Origin: Candidatus Brocadiaceae bacterium
Lineage (GTDB): Bacteria > Planctomycetota > Brocadiia > SM23-32
Reading direction: 5' to 3'
Length of the DNA: 64,000 bases
NCBI GenBank assembly: GCA_012728835.1
Contig: JAAYEJ010000011.1
Coordinates: 50,990 to 114,989 of the forward strand
Shown: positions 32,317 to 41,162 of the stretch, in pieces
Position numbering within the stretch: position 1 is the stretch's first letter
Layout: every line of letters starts with the position of its first letter
Notes under the pieces: model-generated
Databases searched by the model: none
Seen by the model: the letters and a program-made list of their open reading frames with translations, nothing else
Told to the model about the DNA's origin: nothing
Position numbers and translations under genes: made by a program

Positions 32317-33363
32317 TCAACTGATCTCTTCGATGAACCGCCGCACGTGCGCGCTCACCTCGCCCGGCAGCGGCGCCGTCGGCATGAACTGGATCCCCGT
32401 CGCCGTGCCGTCCGCCGAACGGATCCCCTCCACCGTGCCGTCGTTGACGTTCTCCCACAGCAGTTCCGCCCGATCGCTTCCGCACACGCTCCGGCGTTCC
32501 AGCACGACGGTATGCCGCTGTCCGGTCACCAGTGTCGCGCCGTCGGCGAGACAGCGCACGGGGTAGTTGACCCCGTGATGGCCGCGCCTCAGGAACGTCA
32601 GCGCGCAGCCGAGCGCCATGCCCAGCGCCACCTGGCCGAGGCCCCACGCGAAGACGGGCACGCGGCCCAGAAGGCCCTTCAGTGCCTCCACAGCCGCCTC
32701 AGGCGGCCGCGCCAGGGCCGGCCCGTCGCTGACGAAGACCGCGGCCGGCCCCCCGCCCAGGACCTCGTCGGCACGGGCGTCCGCCGCGTGCAGCACGGGC
32801 GCACACACCTGCCGAAGCTGCGCCAGCTCCGAACGCCGGATGCCCAGGTCCAGCACGGCGGCCGCCGGCCCGTCGCCCTGCGCATCCCCGCACCCGCCGC
32901 CGGGCGCGCATGCCGGACGCTCCATTCCCGCCAGCGACCGGCGCAGGGCGTCCGCATCCTCCCCGGCCGGCGCGATGGCCGCGGCCATCTCGCCGTGTTC
33001 CCGCAGGTGGACGGCCAGGCCGCGCGTGTCGACGTCGGTCAGGCAGGGCACGCCATTGCGCTGCAGCAGGGCCGCGAAGTCCTCCTCGGCCCGCCAGTGG
33101 CTGCGGCACGGGCTGAGCACCTTGACCACCAGGCCCGCCGGCTGCACCCGCGGCGATTCGGCAAAGGTCTCCGCCGCCCCCACGTTGCCGACCTCCGGAT
33201 AGGTGAAGGCCAGCAGCAGACCGCGATACGCCGGGTCGGTGACCATCTCCTGGAAGCCGACGACCGCCGTGTTGGCGACCACCCAGCCCCGGGCCACCTT
33301 CGCCTCGCCGGCCAGTCGGCCGTTCAGACGGGTGCCGTCGGACAGCAGAATGTATCCGTCCAT
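32317..33363 (-). CDS. carA: Carbamoyl-phosphate synthase small subunit homolog with a catalytically dead glutaminase domain (Cys-His-Glu triad all substituted).
   Basis: The N-terminal CPSase_sm domain is conserved (GEVVFNTSMTGYQE-like VVANTAVVGFQEMVTDPAYRG). In the GATase region VFGICLGHQ is replaced by VFAWGLGQV (Cys to Gly), and FQGHPEASPGP is replaced by IQFMPTAPLPG (His to Met, Glu to Thr). Confidence 0.8.
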   Translation of the reverse strand: MDGYILLSDGTRLNGRLAGEAKVARGWVVANTAVVGFQEMVTDPAYRGLLLAFTYPEVGNVGAAETFAESPRVQPAGLVVKVLSPCRSHWRAEEDFAALLQRNGVPCLTDVDTRGLAVHLREHGEMAAAIAPAGEDADALRRSLAGMERPACAPGGGCGDAQGDGPAAAVLDLGIRRSELAQLRQVCAPVLHAADARADEVLGGGPAAVFVSDGPALARPPEAAVEALKGLLGRVPVFAWGLGQVALGMALGCALTFLRRGHHGVNYPVRCLADGATLVTGQRHTVVLERRSVCGSDRAELLWENVNDGTVEGIRSADGTATGIQFMPTAPLPGEVSAHVRRFIEEIS

Positions 33364-33426
33364 CTCTGTTCGCTCTCGGCTCTGTTGACGCTTCGGAAGG
33401 TCCCCACGCCGACCGCACGGTCGCCT

Positions 33427-34359
33427 TCAGACATACTCGACGGTCGCCGGCGGCTTCGGCGTCAGGTCGTACAGGCACCGGTTGACGCCCGGAAGGCTCG
33501 TGATGCGCGCGCAGATCCGTTCCAGGGTCTCCCAGGGCAGCCGAGTGGGCGTTGCCGTCCGCGCGTCCACGCTCTCGATGCAGCGGACGACGATGATCCG
33601 GCCGAACTCCCGCCTGCCGTCCCGGATGCCGGTGGCCTTGTCGTTCAGAAGGACGGCCAGGTACTGGAACGCCCCGCTGTCGGCCAGCTCCTCCTCCACG
33701 ACGGCCGTGGCCGCCCGCACGACATCCAGGCGCTCCTCGGTCACCTCGCCGACGATGCGCGCGGCCAGCGCCGGGCCGGGGAACGGTATGCGCTCGCTGA
33801 TCTCCGCCGGCAGGCCCACGAGCCGGGCCACCCGGCGCACGCCGTCCTTGCGCAGCGTCTTCAGGGGCTCCAGCACGCCGTAGCCGTAGGCGTCCTGAGG
33901 GTCGATCCCCACCTGCGACAGGATGTTGTGCTGGCGCTTGACGCCCGCGACGGTCTCCTCGATGTCCGTCAGGATCGTGCCGTGAATGAGGAACCGTGCG
34001 CCCGATTCCCGCACGATGCGCGAGAAGACGCGGGAGTAGAACGTCTCGGTGATCGCCCGGCGCTTCTCCTCCGGATCGGTCACCCCCCTCAGGGCGCCCA
34101 GGAACTCGGCGCGTGCGTCCACGAGCGTCACGGGGATGCCCATCCCGGCAAACACCGCCACGACGCGCTCCGGCTCCCCCTCGCGCATCAGCGCGCTGTC
34201 GATGAAGAACGTCTTGAGCCGCTCTCCCAGCGCCCGGTGACCGAGCACGGTGCAGACGGCGCTGTCGACGCCGCCGCTGAGGGCGTTCACGGCGATGCCG
34301 TCGCCCACGGTGTCACGGATCTCAGCGACCTGCTCGTCCACAAATGCCCGGTCGTCCAT
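33427..34359 (-). CDS. guaA: GMP synthase ATP-pyrophosphatase subunit (GuaA C-terminal domain only; no glutamine amidotransferase domain).
   Basis: ATG at 34359 (Met 41 of the track ORF; GGAGA RBS). PP-loop NALSGGVDSAV, and the GMP-synthase C-terminal dimerisation tail ...LTPKPPATVEYV (KPPATIEWE-like). It is 310 aa. Confidence 0.75.
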   Translation of the reverse strand: MDDRAFVDEQVAEIRDTVGDGIAVNALSGGVDSAVCTVLGHRALGERLKTFFIDSALMREGEPERVVAVFAGMGIPVTLVDARAEFLGALRGVTDPEEKRRAITETFYSRVFSRIVRESGARFLIHGTILTDIEETVAGVKRQHNILSQVGIDPQDAYGYGVLEPLKTLRKDGVRRVARLVGLPAEISERIPFPGPALAARIVGEVTEERLDVVRAATAVVEEELADSGAFQYLAVLLNDKATGIRDGRREFGRIIVVRCIESVDARTATPTRLPWETLERICARITSLPGVNRCLYDLTPKPPATVEYV

Positions 34360-34590
34360 CGCTGTCTCCTGCAGGTACACCGGCGGCCCAAGCGGATGTC
34401 TCACGGGTTCCGAGGGCGCGGCGATGGGCCCACGAGGTGCACCGCCCGCGCGGGAATTCACCCGGGGATGGTATCGCATTCGCCGCCGGGACGCAAGTCA
34501 CAGATCGGCATGGGATTGCGGCCCTCCGGCCGTCCGTGCCCGTCCGTGTGTGCGTTCGGGTTGCACGCCCGCCGGAGCACCGGCCGCCGC

Positions 34591-34619
34591 TTGACAGCAG
34601 GGCCCGTGGTGCGTAGAGT
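34591..34619 (+). promoter_or_regulatory. Sigma70-like promoter TTGACA-17-TAGAGT upstream of the 34681 membrane-protein gene, with two CGTCCGTG 10-mer units (34531-34550) positioned just upstream of the -35.
   Basis: Read from sequence: ttgaca at 34591-34596 and tagagt at 34614-34619, a 17-bp spacer, with GTG start 34681 after a GGAGG RBS. Confidence 0.45.
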
Positions 34620-34680
34620 CCTTGTTCCGTACCCCGGCATCCATCGAGGCCGCCCCCGGGGCCCCTGCGGAGGTCATCGC

Positions 34681-36603
34681 GTGAGCTGGCGCGCATTCGC
34701 GATCGGGCTGCTCGCCATCGTCGTCGTCTGCCTCGTCGAGGTCTACAGCGGCGTCGTCCACCCCTACGGAAGCATCACGGGCACCACCCTGCCCGCTGCG
34801 GCGGTGCTCGTGCTGGTCCTGCTGACCGTCGGCCTCAACCCCCTCATCGGCCTGGTGCGGCGTGGCTGGGCGTTCCGCCGGGCGGAGCTGATGGTCGTCT
34901 ACGCCATGGTCCTGTGCGCCTGCGTCGTGCCGGGCGACGGCTTGGGGGCGTTCTGGTACTCGGTGCTGGCGGGCGGCCCCTACATGGCGCGCCGGGCGGA
35001 CCTGCACTGGGAAGACACCGGCTCGCTGACGGTGATCAGCGAGGACCTGGTGCTGAGCAAGGACCCGAAGTCGGTCGCCGCCCTGCAGTACTTCGAAGGG
35101 ACCCGGGAGGGACGCGTCCCGTGGCGCATGTGGGTGCGCCCGATCGTCGCCTGGTCGGTCTTCTACCTGCCGATGTTCCTGGCCGTGCTGCTTCTGTGCG
35201 CGATCCTGAGGCGCCAGTGGGTGGAGGTGGAGCGCCTCATGTTCCCCCTGGCGCGCATTCCCCTGGAGTTCACCGAGGGGAGTGCGCGGGACGGCCTGCT
35301 GCCGGATTTGTTCGGCAACCGGGCGTTCCTCATGGGGCTGCTGGTGAGCGTCGGGTTCCGCTTCCTGCGCGCGGTGCCCCTGTTCTTCGACGCCGAACGC
35401 CGATGGGACCTGGCCCTGCCGCTGGCCGGCATCTTCTCAGGCACGCCGTTCGAGCTGATGAACTTCCACGACATCACGCTGAACTTCACGGCGATCGGGT
35501 TCGGATACCTCGTCCCGGCGGACGTCTCGCTGAGCGTGTGGTTCTTCTTCCTGTTCAGCCGCGTCGAACTGCGCGTCGCCCACAGCCTGAACATCACCAG
35601 CGCCCAGGGAGGCACCTACAGCAAGCTGATGAAGTGGCAGCAACTGGGCTCGAACCTCGTGTTCGTCATCGGCATGTTCTACGTCGCACGGCGCCATCTG
35701 TGGACGGTCCTGAAGAAGGCCCTCTTCCTCTCCCGCACAGACGAGGACGCCTCGGAACCCGTCAGCTACTTCTGGGCGTTCTGGGGCTTCCTGCTCGCCA
35801 TGGCCTTCTGTATCGGCTGGCACATGTACTACGACGTGCCGCTCTGGGTGGCCGCCTACGGCATGGCCCTGCTGTTCTGCTGGTTCCTGGCCTACGCCCG
35901 CGTGACGGCCCAGGGCGGGCTCTACATCGCGCGTCCGATGTGGTGGATCCAGGAGACCATCCACAGCACCACGGGCGCGCTCACCGGCAGCGGCGCCGTG
36001 CTGATGACGGCCCACGAGAACATGCTGATGTACGGCTCCAACATCATGCTCATGCCCGTCGCCATGGACGTCTTCCGCATCTCCGACGCCATCGGCCGGC
36101 GCAAGCGTCTGCTGGTCCCCGCCATCATGTGCGGATTCGTGGTGGCGATCGTCGTCACCTCGTACATGTTCCTGAAGATGGCCTACGGCGTCGGGGCCGT
36201 CAACTTCGCCTACTCCTGGGCGACCATGAACGTGCCCCGCTACGTCTTCGACTGGTCCCACGCGATCATCAAGCAGCCTCGCCAGCAGATGCACTTCTAC
36301 CCGGGCTCGTTCGCCTTCGGCTTCCTCCTGACCGGCTTCATCATGCTCATGCGGGGGCGCTTCTACTGGTGGCCCATCCATCCGATCGGCCTGCTGGCCT
36401 GCAACAGCTACGCGGCCCAGCGCATCTGGGTGCCCTTCTTCCTCGGCTGGCTGATCAAGACCCTCCTGATGAAGTTCTCCGGCGGCCAGAAACTGCGCAC
36501 CGTCCGCGTCTTCTTCATCGCCTACATCGTCAGCGAGATCACCCTCGGCGGCCTCTCGACCGCCGTGCGCATGATCTCCGGAGGAGCCGTCCCCGAGTTC
36601 TGA
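34681..36603 (+). CDS. Large polytopic membrane protein (640 aa, at least 12 predicted TM helices, Trp/Phe/Tyr-rich), unknown function.
   Basis: GTG 34681 lies 7 nt after GGAGG. It is the C-terminal part of the artefactual 2536-aa track ORF. Hydrophobic segments run throughout (AIGLLAIVVVCLVEVY, AAVLVLVLLTVGLNPLIGLV, FYLPMFLAVLLLCAIL, ...). Confidence 0.65.
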   Translation: MSWRAFAIGLLAIVVVCLVEVYSGVVHPYGSITGTTLPAAAVLVLVLLTVGLNPLIGLVRRGWAFRRAELMVVYAMVLCACVVPGDGLGAFWYSVLAGGPYMARRADLHWEDTGSLTVISEDLVLSKDPKSVAALQYFEGTREGRVPWRMWVRPIVAWSVFYLPMFLAVLLLCAILRRQWVEVERLMFPLARIPLEFTEGSARDGLLPDLFGNRAFLMGLLVSVGFRFLRAVPLFFDAERRWDLALPLAGIFSGTPFELMNFHDITLNFTAIGFGYLVPADVSLSVWFFFLFSRVELRVAHSLNITSAQGGTYSKLMKWQQLGSNLVFVIGMFYVARRHLWTVLKKALFLSRTDEDASEPVSYFWAFWGFLLAMAFCIGWHMYYDVPLWVAAYGMALLFCWFLAYARVTAQGGLYIARPMWWIQETIHSTTGALTGSGAVLMTAHENMLMYGSNIMLMPVAMDVFRISDAIGRRKRLLVPAIMCGFVVAIVVTSYMFLKMAYGVGAVNFAYSWATMNVPRYVFDWSHAIIKQPRQQMHFYPGSFAFGFLLTGFIMLMRGRFYWWPIHPIGLLACNSYAAQRIWVPFFLGWLIKTLLMKFSGGQKLRTVRVFFIAYIVSEITLGGLSTAVRMISGGAVPEF

Positions 36604-36706
36604 CGGCAGCGCCTGCGCTCCGGGCCGGACAGCCCCGTTCGGTTGACTCGCCCGCCCCGCACGCGGTACAAGGACGTTCGCACAGTCCTCTCGCTCGGAG
36701 CAGCCG

Positions 36707-37687
36707 ATGAGCCTGCCCATCAGCTTCATCGTGGACGACCCCGCCCCGCTGGTCAACGTCTACTGGTGGCACGTCGCCGCGCGGTCCGCCGACGGAACCG
36801 CCGTGCTCAAGTCCGGCGAGCCGGTCGTGCGCGACGTGCCCGTGGACTTCATCCGGCGCTTTGCCGACGTGGTCGAGCGGCACGGCCTGCGCGGCAAGTT
36901 CAGCGTCCTGCCCGTGCCCGCCGCACTCGGCCCCATCACCGAGGGCTGGCCCGGCTGTGACCGCCGGGGGCTGCAGGACTGGCTCTCCGTCGCCCGGGAA
37001 CGCATCGCCCCGCAGTTCGACATCACCCCCGAGATACTCACCCATGCCCGCGCCGTCGACCTCGACACGATGGACCCCCTGGACGAGAACGAGCGCGACT
37101 GGGCCTCCCACCAGACCCACGAAACGCTCACCCCCTACATCGCAAAGGCCCTGCAGATCCTCAAGGAAGCGGGCCTGGAGGCCACCGGGGTGACCTCGCC
37201 CTGGGACTTCGGACGCGAGGTCGAACCCGATTACCGCATCGCCATCCGCACGGCCATGAAGGAGGTCAACGGGCGCGATCGCGCCTGGTACTTCCTCCAC
37301 ACCGACACCCGCACGGTCGAGCCCCGCTCGGAGGTCGTCTGGCGCGACGGAGACGCATGGCTCGTCAGCCTCTGGTCGCGCTGCGACGACTACCTGTGGA
37401 ACACGATGGAGACGGCCCGCACCGACGATGCCTGCGTCCGCTCCGTCGCCGACCGGTTCCTGACGGACGACGGCGCCGGCGGCCGCCTGGCGGAGCTCCT
37501 GCAGGCCGGCGAACCGATCGTCTTCCACAGCCACTGGCAGAGCCTCTTCTCCAACGGCCGCGAAACCGGCCTGCGCATCCTCGACGAGGTCGGCCGCCGC
37601 ATCCGGCAGGCCTGGGGCGATCGGGTCACCTGGCTGAAGTGCAGCGACCTGGCCGCCCGGATTGCCGCCGGAAGCCCCCGCCGATAG
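36707..37687 (+). CDS. Hypothetical cytoplasmic protein (326 aa), possibly a divergent deacetylase/beta-alpha-barrel hydrolase fold.
   Basis: MSLPISFIVDDPAPLVNVYWWH ... ILTHAR ... GVTSPWDFG ... IVFHSHWQSL. It has no signal peptide. It shares the downstream context GATAGCCCCGG-CGTCCGTGCC with the following gene. Confidence 0.5.
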   Translation: MSLPISFIVDDPAPLVNVYWWHVAARSADGTAVLKSGEPVVRDVPVDFIRRFADVVERHGLRGKFSVLPVPAALGPITEGWPGCDRRGLQDWLSVARERIAPQFDITPEILTHARAVDLDTMDPLDENERDWASHQTHETLTPYIAKALQILKEAGLEATGVTSPWDFGREVEPDYRIAIRTAMKEVNGRDRAWYFLHTDTRTVEPRSEVVWRDGDAWLVSLWSRCDDYLWNTMETARTDDACVRSVADRFLTDDGAGGRLAELLQAGEPIVFHSHWQSLFSNGRETGLRILDEVGRRIRQAWGDRVTWLKCSDLAARIAAGSPRR

Positions 37688-37694
37688 CCCCGGC

Positions 37695-37834
37695 CGTCCG
37701 TGCCCGTCCGTGGCCGTCCGTGCCCGTCCGTGGCCGTCCGTGCCCGTCCGTAGCCGTCCGTGTGCGTCCGTGGCCGTCCGTGTGCGTCCGTGGCCGTCCG
37801 TGTGCGTCCGTGGCCGTCCGTGTGCGTCCGTGTG
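37695..37834 (+). repeat. Perfectly phased array of 14 tandem 10-bp units, CGTCCGTG plus 2 variable nt (cc/gc/tg/ag).
   Basis: It is read directly: cgtccgtgcc cgtccgtggc cgtccgtgcc cgtccgtggc cgtccgtgcc cgtccgtagc cgtccgtgtg cgtccgtggc cgtccgtgtg cgtccgtggc cgtccgtgtg cgtccgtggc cgtccgtgtg cgtccgtgtg. It begins 7 nt after the stop of the 36707 gene and ends ~37 nt before the -35 of the next promoter. Confidence 0.9.
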
Positions 37835-37870
37835 TGGCGGCGCCCCCGCCCGGCGGGCCGGCGGTTGTCA

Positions 37871-37899
37871 TTGACGGCCGGCCCCGCCGCCGGTAGATT
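37871..37899 (+). promoter_or_regulatory. Sigma70-like promoter TTGACG-17-TAGATT for the sialate O-acetylesterase gene.
   Basis: ttgacg at 37871-37876 and tagatt at 37894-37899, with ATG at 37941. Confidence 0.45.
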
Positions 37900-37940
37900 G
37901 CACGGCGGTCGGACCCGTACTCCCCAGGAGAGAATGCGCA

Positions 37941-39887
37941 ATGCGACTTCATGCGCTGTTCAGCGACAACATGGTCCTTCAGCGCGACGTCCCGGCACGC
38001 GTGTGGGGCTGCGACTCGCCCGGGCAGAAGGTTGCCGTCCGCGTCGGCAAGGCCACTGCCCGAGCGGTGGCCGGCCCGGACGGACGCTTCATGGCGCGGC
38101 TTCCGCGCCTGGCGGCCGGCGGACCGTTCACGATGGTCGTCGAGGGCTCGTCGAGCGTGACCGTGCGGAACGTCATGGTCGGGGAGGTGTGGCTCTGCTC
38201 CGGCCAGTCCAACATGCAGATGCGGGTCAGCGAGGCGAAGAACGCCGAGCGTGAGATCGCGCACGCCCGGCACCCGAATGTGCGCCTCTTCTCCGTGCCC
38301 ATAGCCGCCACGGTGGAGCCGGTGCTCGACGTGGACGCGTCGTGGCAGGTGTGCGCGCCCGAGACCGTCGCGTCCTTCAGCGCCGCCGCCTACTTCTTCG
38401 GGCGGGCGCTGCAGCGGAAGCTCGGCGTGCCCGTGGGGCTGATCCACAGTTCGCTCGGTGCCACGCGCATCGAGGCGTGGATGAGCCGCGAGGCACTCCT
38501 CGGCGACCCCGAGTGCGGGCGGGAAGTGGAGGAGTATGAGAAGAGCCTGCCCGACTTCGAGCGGCGGCTGGCCGAATACAGGGCCATCGTCGCCGCCGGC
38601 CCCGACAAGTACTACCCCGCCGACCCCGGCAACGTGGGCCACGGGCGCGGCTGGGCGGCGCCCGGCGCCGACTGCTCCGACTGGGGCGAGATGACGGCGC
38701 CCGGCTACTGGAACGCCCAGGGCATGGACTTCAGCGGCGTCCTCTGGTTCCGCAAGGAGGTGGAGATCCCCCGCAAGTGGGCCGGCCGCGACCTGCTGCT
38801 GGGCCTGGGCGCCCTGGACAAGACGGACACCACCTACTTCAACAACGTCAGGGTGGGCGGCATCGGCAAGGAGGACGACGACGCCTGGTGCCGCGACCGC
38901 GAGTACACCGTGCCGGCCGCGCTCGTCAAGCCCGGCCTCAACGTGATCGCCACACGCATCTACTCATGGGGTTTCGACGGCGGCTTCCGCGGCGGGTGGG
39001 ACAAGATGACGATCCGCCCCGCCGACGCGCCCCGGGCGCGCGGAATTTCGCTGGCCGGCACGTGGCGCTGCAAGGTAGAGCACAACTTCGGCAGGATCAC
39101 GGTCATGCGCGACCTGCCGCCCTGGGGGCCCGGCACCAGCAACTCGCCCTTCGCGCTCTTCAACGGCATGATCCGCCCGCTGATTCCCTATGGTATCCGA
39201 GGCGCCGTATGGCACCAGGGCGCCTCGAACCTGCGGCAGGCGTTCAAGTATCGGCGGCGGCTGGCCATGCTCATCCGCGACTGGCGCCGGCAGTGGCGCC
39301 GGCCCGACCTCTGGTTCAACGTAGTCCAGCAGGAGAACTACGGCCCGCTCGACCGCTTCCCGGTCGAGAGCGCGTACGCCGAACTGCGCGAGTCGCAGCT
39401 CAGGGCTCTGACGATCCCGCGCGTGTCGGTGACGGTGGCCATCGACATCGGGGGCGTCAACGAGGTGCATCCGCTCAACAAGCAGGAACTCGGGCGGCGC
39501 ATCGCGCTGGCGCTCCTGGGCACGACGTACGGCCGCAAGCGGCCGGCGCACTCGGGGCCCATCTACAGGTCGTACCGGCGCGTGGGCGGCACGATGCGGC
39601 TGAGCTTCGACCACGTGGACGGCGGCCTCGTGGCGAAGCGAGGCAAGCTGAAGGGCTTCGCCATCGCCGGCCCCGACCGCAGGTTCGTGTGGGCACAGGC
39701 CAGGATCGTGGGACGGTCGGTGGTGGTGTGGAGCGAGGACGTGCCGAAGCCGGCGGCCGTGCGCTACGGCTGGGGCGCCAACACGGACGGCAACCTCTAC
39801 AACAGGGCGGGCCTGCCGACCTGGCCCTTCCGGACGGACAGATGGCCCGGCCTCACCCGGAAGCGCCGCCGTCTCAACAACGGATAG
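37941..39887 (+). CDS. Sialate O-acetylesterase family protein (SASA/DUF303 SGNH-type carbohydrate esterase).
   Basis: 648 aa. MRLHALFSDNMVLQRD..., catalytic GEVWLCSGQSNM motif (SGNH Ser), then GATRIEAW, and a C-terminal beta-sandwich region. Confidence 0.75.
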   Translation: MRLHALFSDNMVLQRDVPARVWGCDSPGQKVAVRVGKATARAVAGPDGRFMARLPRLAAGGPFTMVVEGSSSVTVRNVMVGEVWLCSGQSNMQMRVSEAKNAEREIAHARHPNVRLFSVPIAATVEPVLDVDASWQVCAPETVASFSAAAYFFGRALQRKLGVPVGLIHSSLGATRIEAWMSREALLGDPECGREVEEYEKSLPDFERRLAEYRAIVAAGPDKYYPADPGNVGHGRGWAAPGADCSDWGEMTAPGYWNAQGMDFSGVLWFRKEVEIPRKWAGRDLLLGLGALDKTDTTYFNNVRVGGIGKEDDDAWCRDREYTVPAALVKPGLNVIATRIYSWGFDGGFRGGWDKMTIRPADAPRARGISLAGTWRCKVEHNFGRITVMRDLPPWGPGTSNSPFALFNGMIRPLIPYGIRGAVWHQGASNLRQAFKYRRRLAMLIRDWRRQWRRPDLWFNVVQQENYGPLDRFPVESAYAELRESQLRALTIPRVSVTVAIDIGGVNEVHPLNKQELGRRIALALLGTTYGRKRPAHSGPIYRSYRRVGGTMRLSFDHVDGGLVAKRGKLKGFAIAGPDRRFVWAQARIVGRSVVVWSEDVPKPAAVRYGWGANTDGNLYNRAGLPTWPFRTDRWPGLTRKRRRLNNG

Positions 39888-39909
39888 CCCCGGGCGTCCG
39901 TGCCCGGGG
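39888..39909. terminator. Bidirectional stem-loop CCCCGGGC-gtccgt-GCCCGGGG between convergent genes. The stem embeds another CGTCCGTGCC unit.
   Basis: It lies immediately after the TAG stop at 39885-39887 and 19 nt before the stop of the convergent hydrolase gene (39928). Confidence 0.5.
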
Positions 39910-39927
39910 GATGCCCGGGCGGCGCGG

Positions 39928-40950
39928 TCACGGCCGCAGCCAGCGGGCGATCCAGCGATAGGCGAACTCGCGCACGTCGTCCACCGTGTCGTGCCCGTCG
40001 CCGTGAGTCAGCGTGCAGAAGCACTCCGGGCGGCCCAGCAGGGCGTAGGCCCGCTGCCCGCGCACGTAACACTGGAAGTTGGCGTCCGCGTAGGGGTTAT
40101 GGGCGTCGTTGAACGGCTCCAGCAGCAGCAGCGGCCGGGGCGCGCACAGGGCGACCATGTCCTGGTAGTCGTAGAGCATCGTCCCGTGCGCCTCGCGCAT
40201 GTGCTCGATCCACCGCGGACTGGACCGCGTGGCCGGATGGCCCGAGACGAGCCGATAGACGTTGGTCAGGTTGGGGCTGACGCCCGTCGAGGGCACGGCG
40301 ACCGCGATGCGCTCGTCGAAGGCCGCCAGGAAGATGGCCATGCGGCCGCCCAAAGAGTTGCCGATGGTGCCGAACCCGCCCGGAGCGACGAAGGGCATCG
40401 TCTCCAGGGCGTCCAGCAGGCGGCGGCCTTCCCAGAGCCGCCGCCCGTCCAGCGACCACTCGGGATACTCGTCGTGGAGCCTCGCCATGGAGGCCATGTA
40501 GCGGGTGCGGATATCGCCCTCCGACAGGTCGCGCCCGCCCGTCAGCCGCTCGCCGAACTCGTAGATATCCGGCGCCACGGTGACGAAGCCCCTCCGCGCC
40601 AGATCGATCGCGTAGGCCCGGCGCGGCCGTTCGGTCGGGTTCAGAACGTTGTACTTGCCGTGCACGGTGTCGGTGCCATGCCAGACGACGACCGCCGGCG
40701 CCGGGGTCCGCTCATCGACCCCGTCCGGCAGGACGACCACGGCCGGCGCCCACTCGTCGGGCATGACGCGGACGCGGATCTTCCGGTGCCGGAGCCCGTA
40801 GTCCTCGTATTCCTCCGCGGGCTCCCAGGCAGGCTCGACGGCCACGTCCGGCGGCGTCCCCATCGAGGACATCACGCGGGCACGGATCCGCTCGCGGATC
40901 AAGGGCCACTCGTCGGGCCGGGTATCCTGCAACACCACATCGCGAAACAT
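39928..40950 (-). CDS. Alpha/beta-hydrolase (dienelactone hydrolase / acetyl-esterase-like).
   Basis: Met 79 of the track ORF (MFRDVVLQD; ATG 40950, GGAGCAGGAG upstream). Nucleophile elbow GNSLGG and an alpha/beta fold. It is 340 aa. Confidence 0.7.
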   Translation of the reverse strand: MFRDVVLQDTRPDEWPLIRERIRARVMSSMGTPPDVAVEPAWEPAEEYEDYGLRHRKIRVRVMPDEWAPAVVVLPDGVDERTPAPAVVVWHGTDTVHGKYNVLNPTERPRRAYAIDLARRGFVTVAPDIYEFGERLTGGRDLSEGDIRTRYMASMARLHDEYPEWSLDGRRLWEGRRLLDALETMPFVAPGGFGTIGNSLGGRMAIFLAAFDERIAVAVPSTGVSPNLTNVYRLVSGHPATRSSPRWIEHMREAHGTMLYDYQDMVALCAPRPLLLLEPFNDAHNPYADANFQCYVRGQRAYALLGRPECFCTLTHGDGHDTVDDVREFAYRWIARWLRP

Positions 40951-41162
40951 GGACGGCTCCTGCTCCTGGTGCGGCCGCGCCGGCCGGGGGCTTCGGGGCT
41001 TCCCTGCGACGAAGGGGCAGGCTACCAGAGATCGCCCGGCGGGGCAACCTCGCAGGGAAACGGACCCGTCCGGATGCCGCGGGCCCGGCCTCGGCGCTGG
41101 ACACGGGGCAGGCGTCTCGGTTACAAGTGGTGCACCCCCGTCCCTCTGTCGCGGCGGTCCCC

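Noticed and set aside
37662-37874. Several short ORFs (e.g. 37357..37896, 37390..37941, 37662..37874) translating the 10-bp tandem array into RPCPSVAVR / GRTRTATDGH peptide repeats on both strands.
   Set aside because: Repeat-driven open frames appear in all three frames of both strands simultaneously. There is no RBS and the region is intergenic, so it is treated as a DNA-level repeat.
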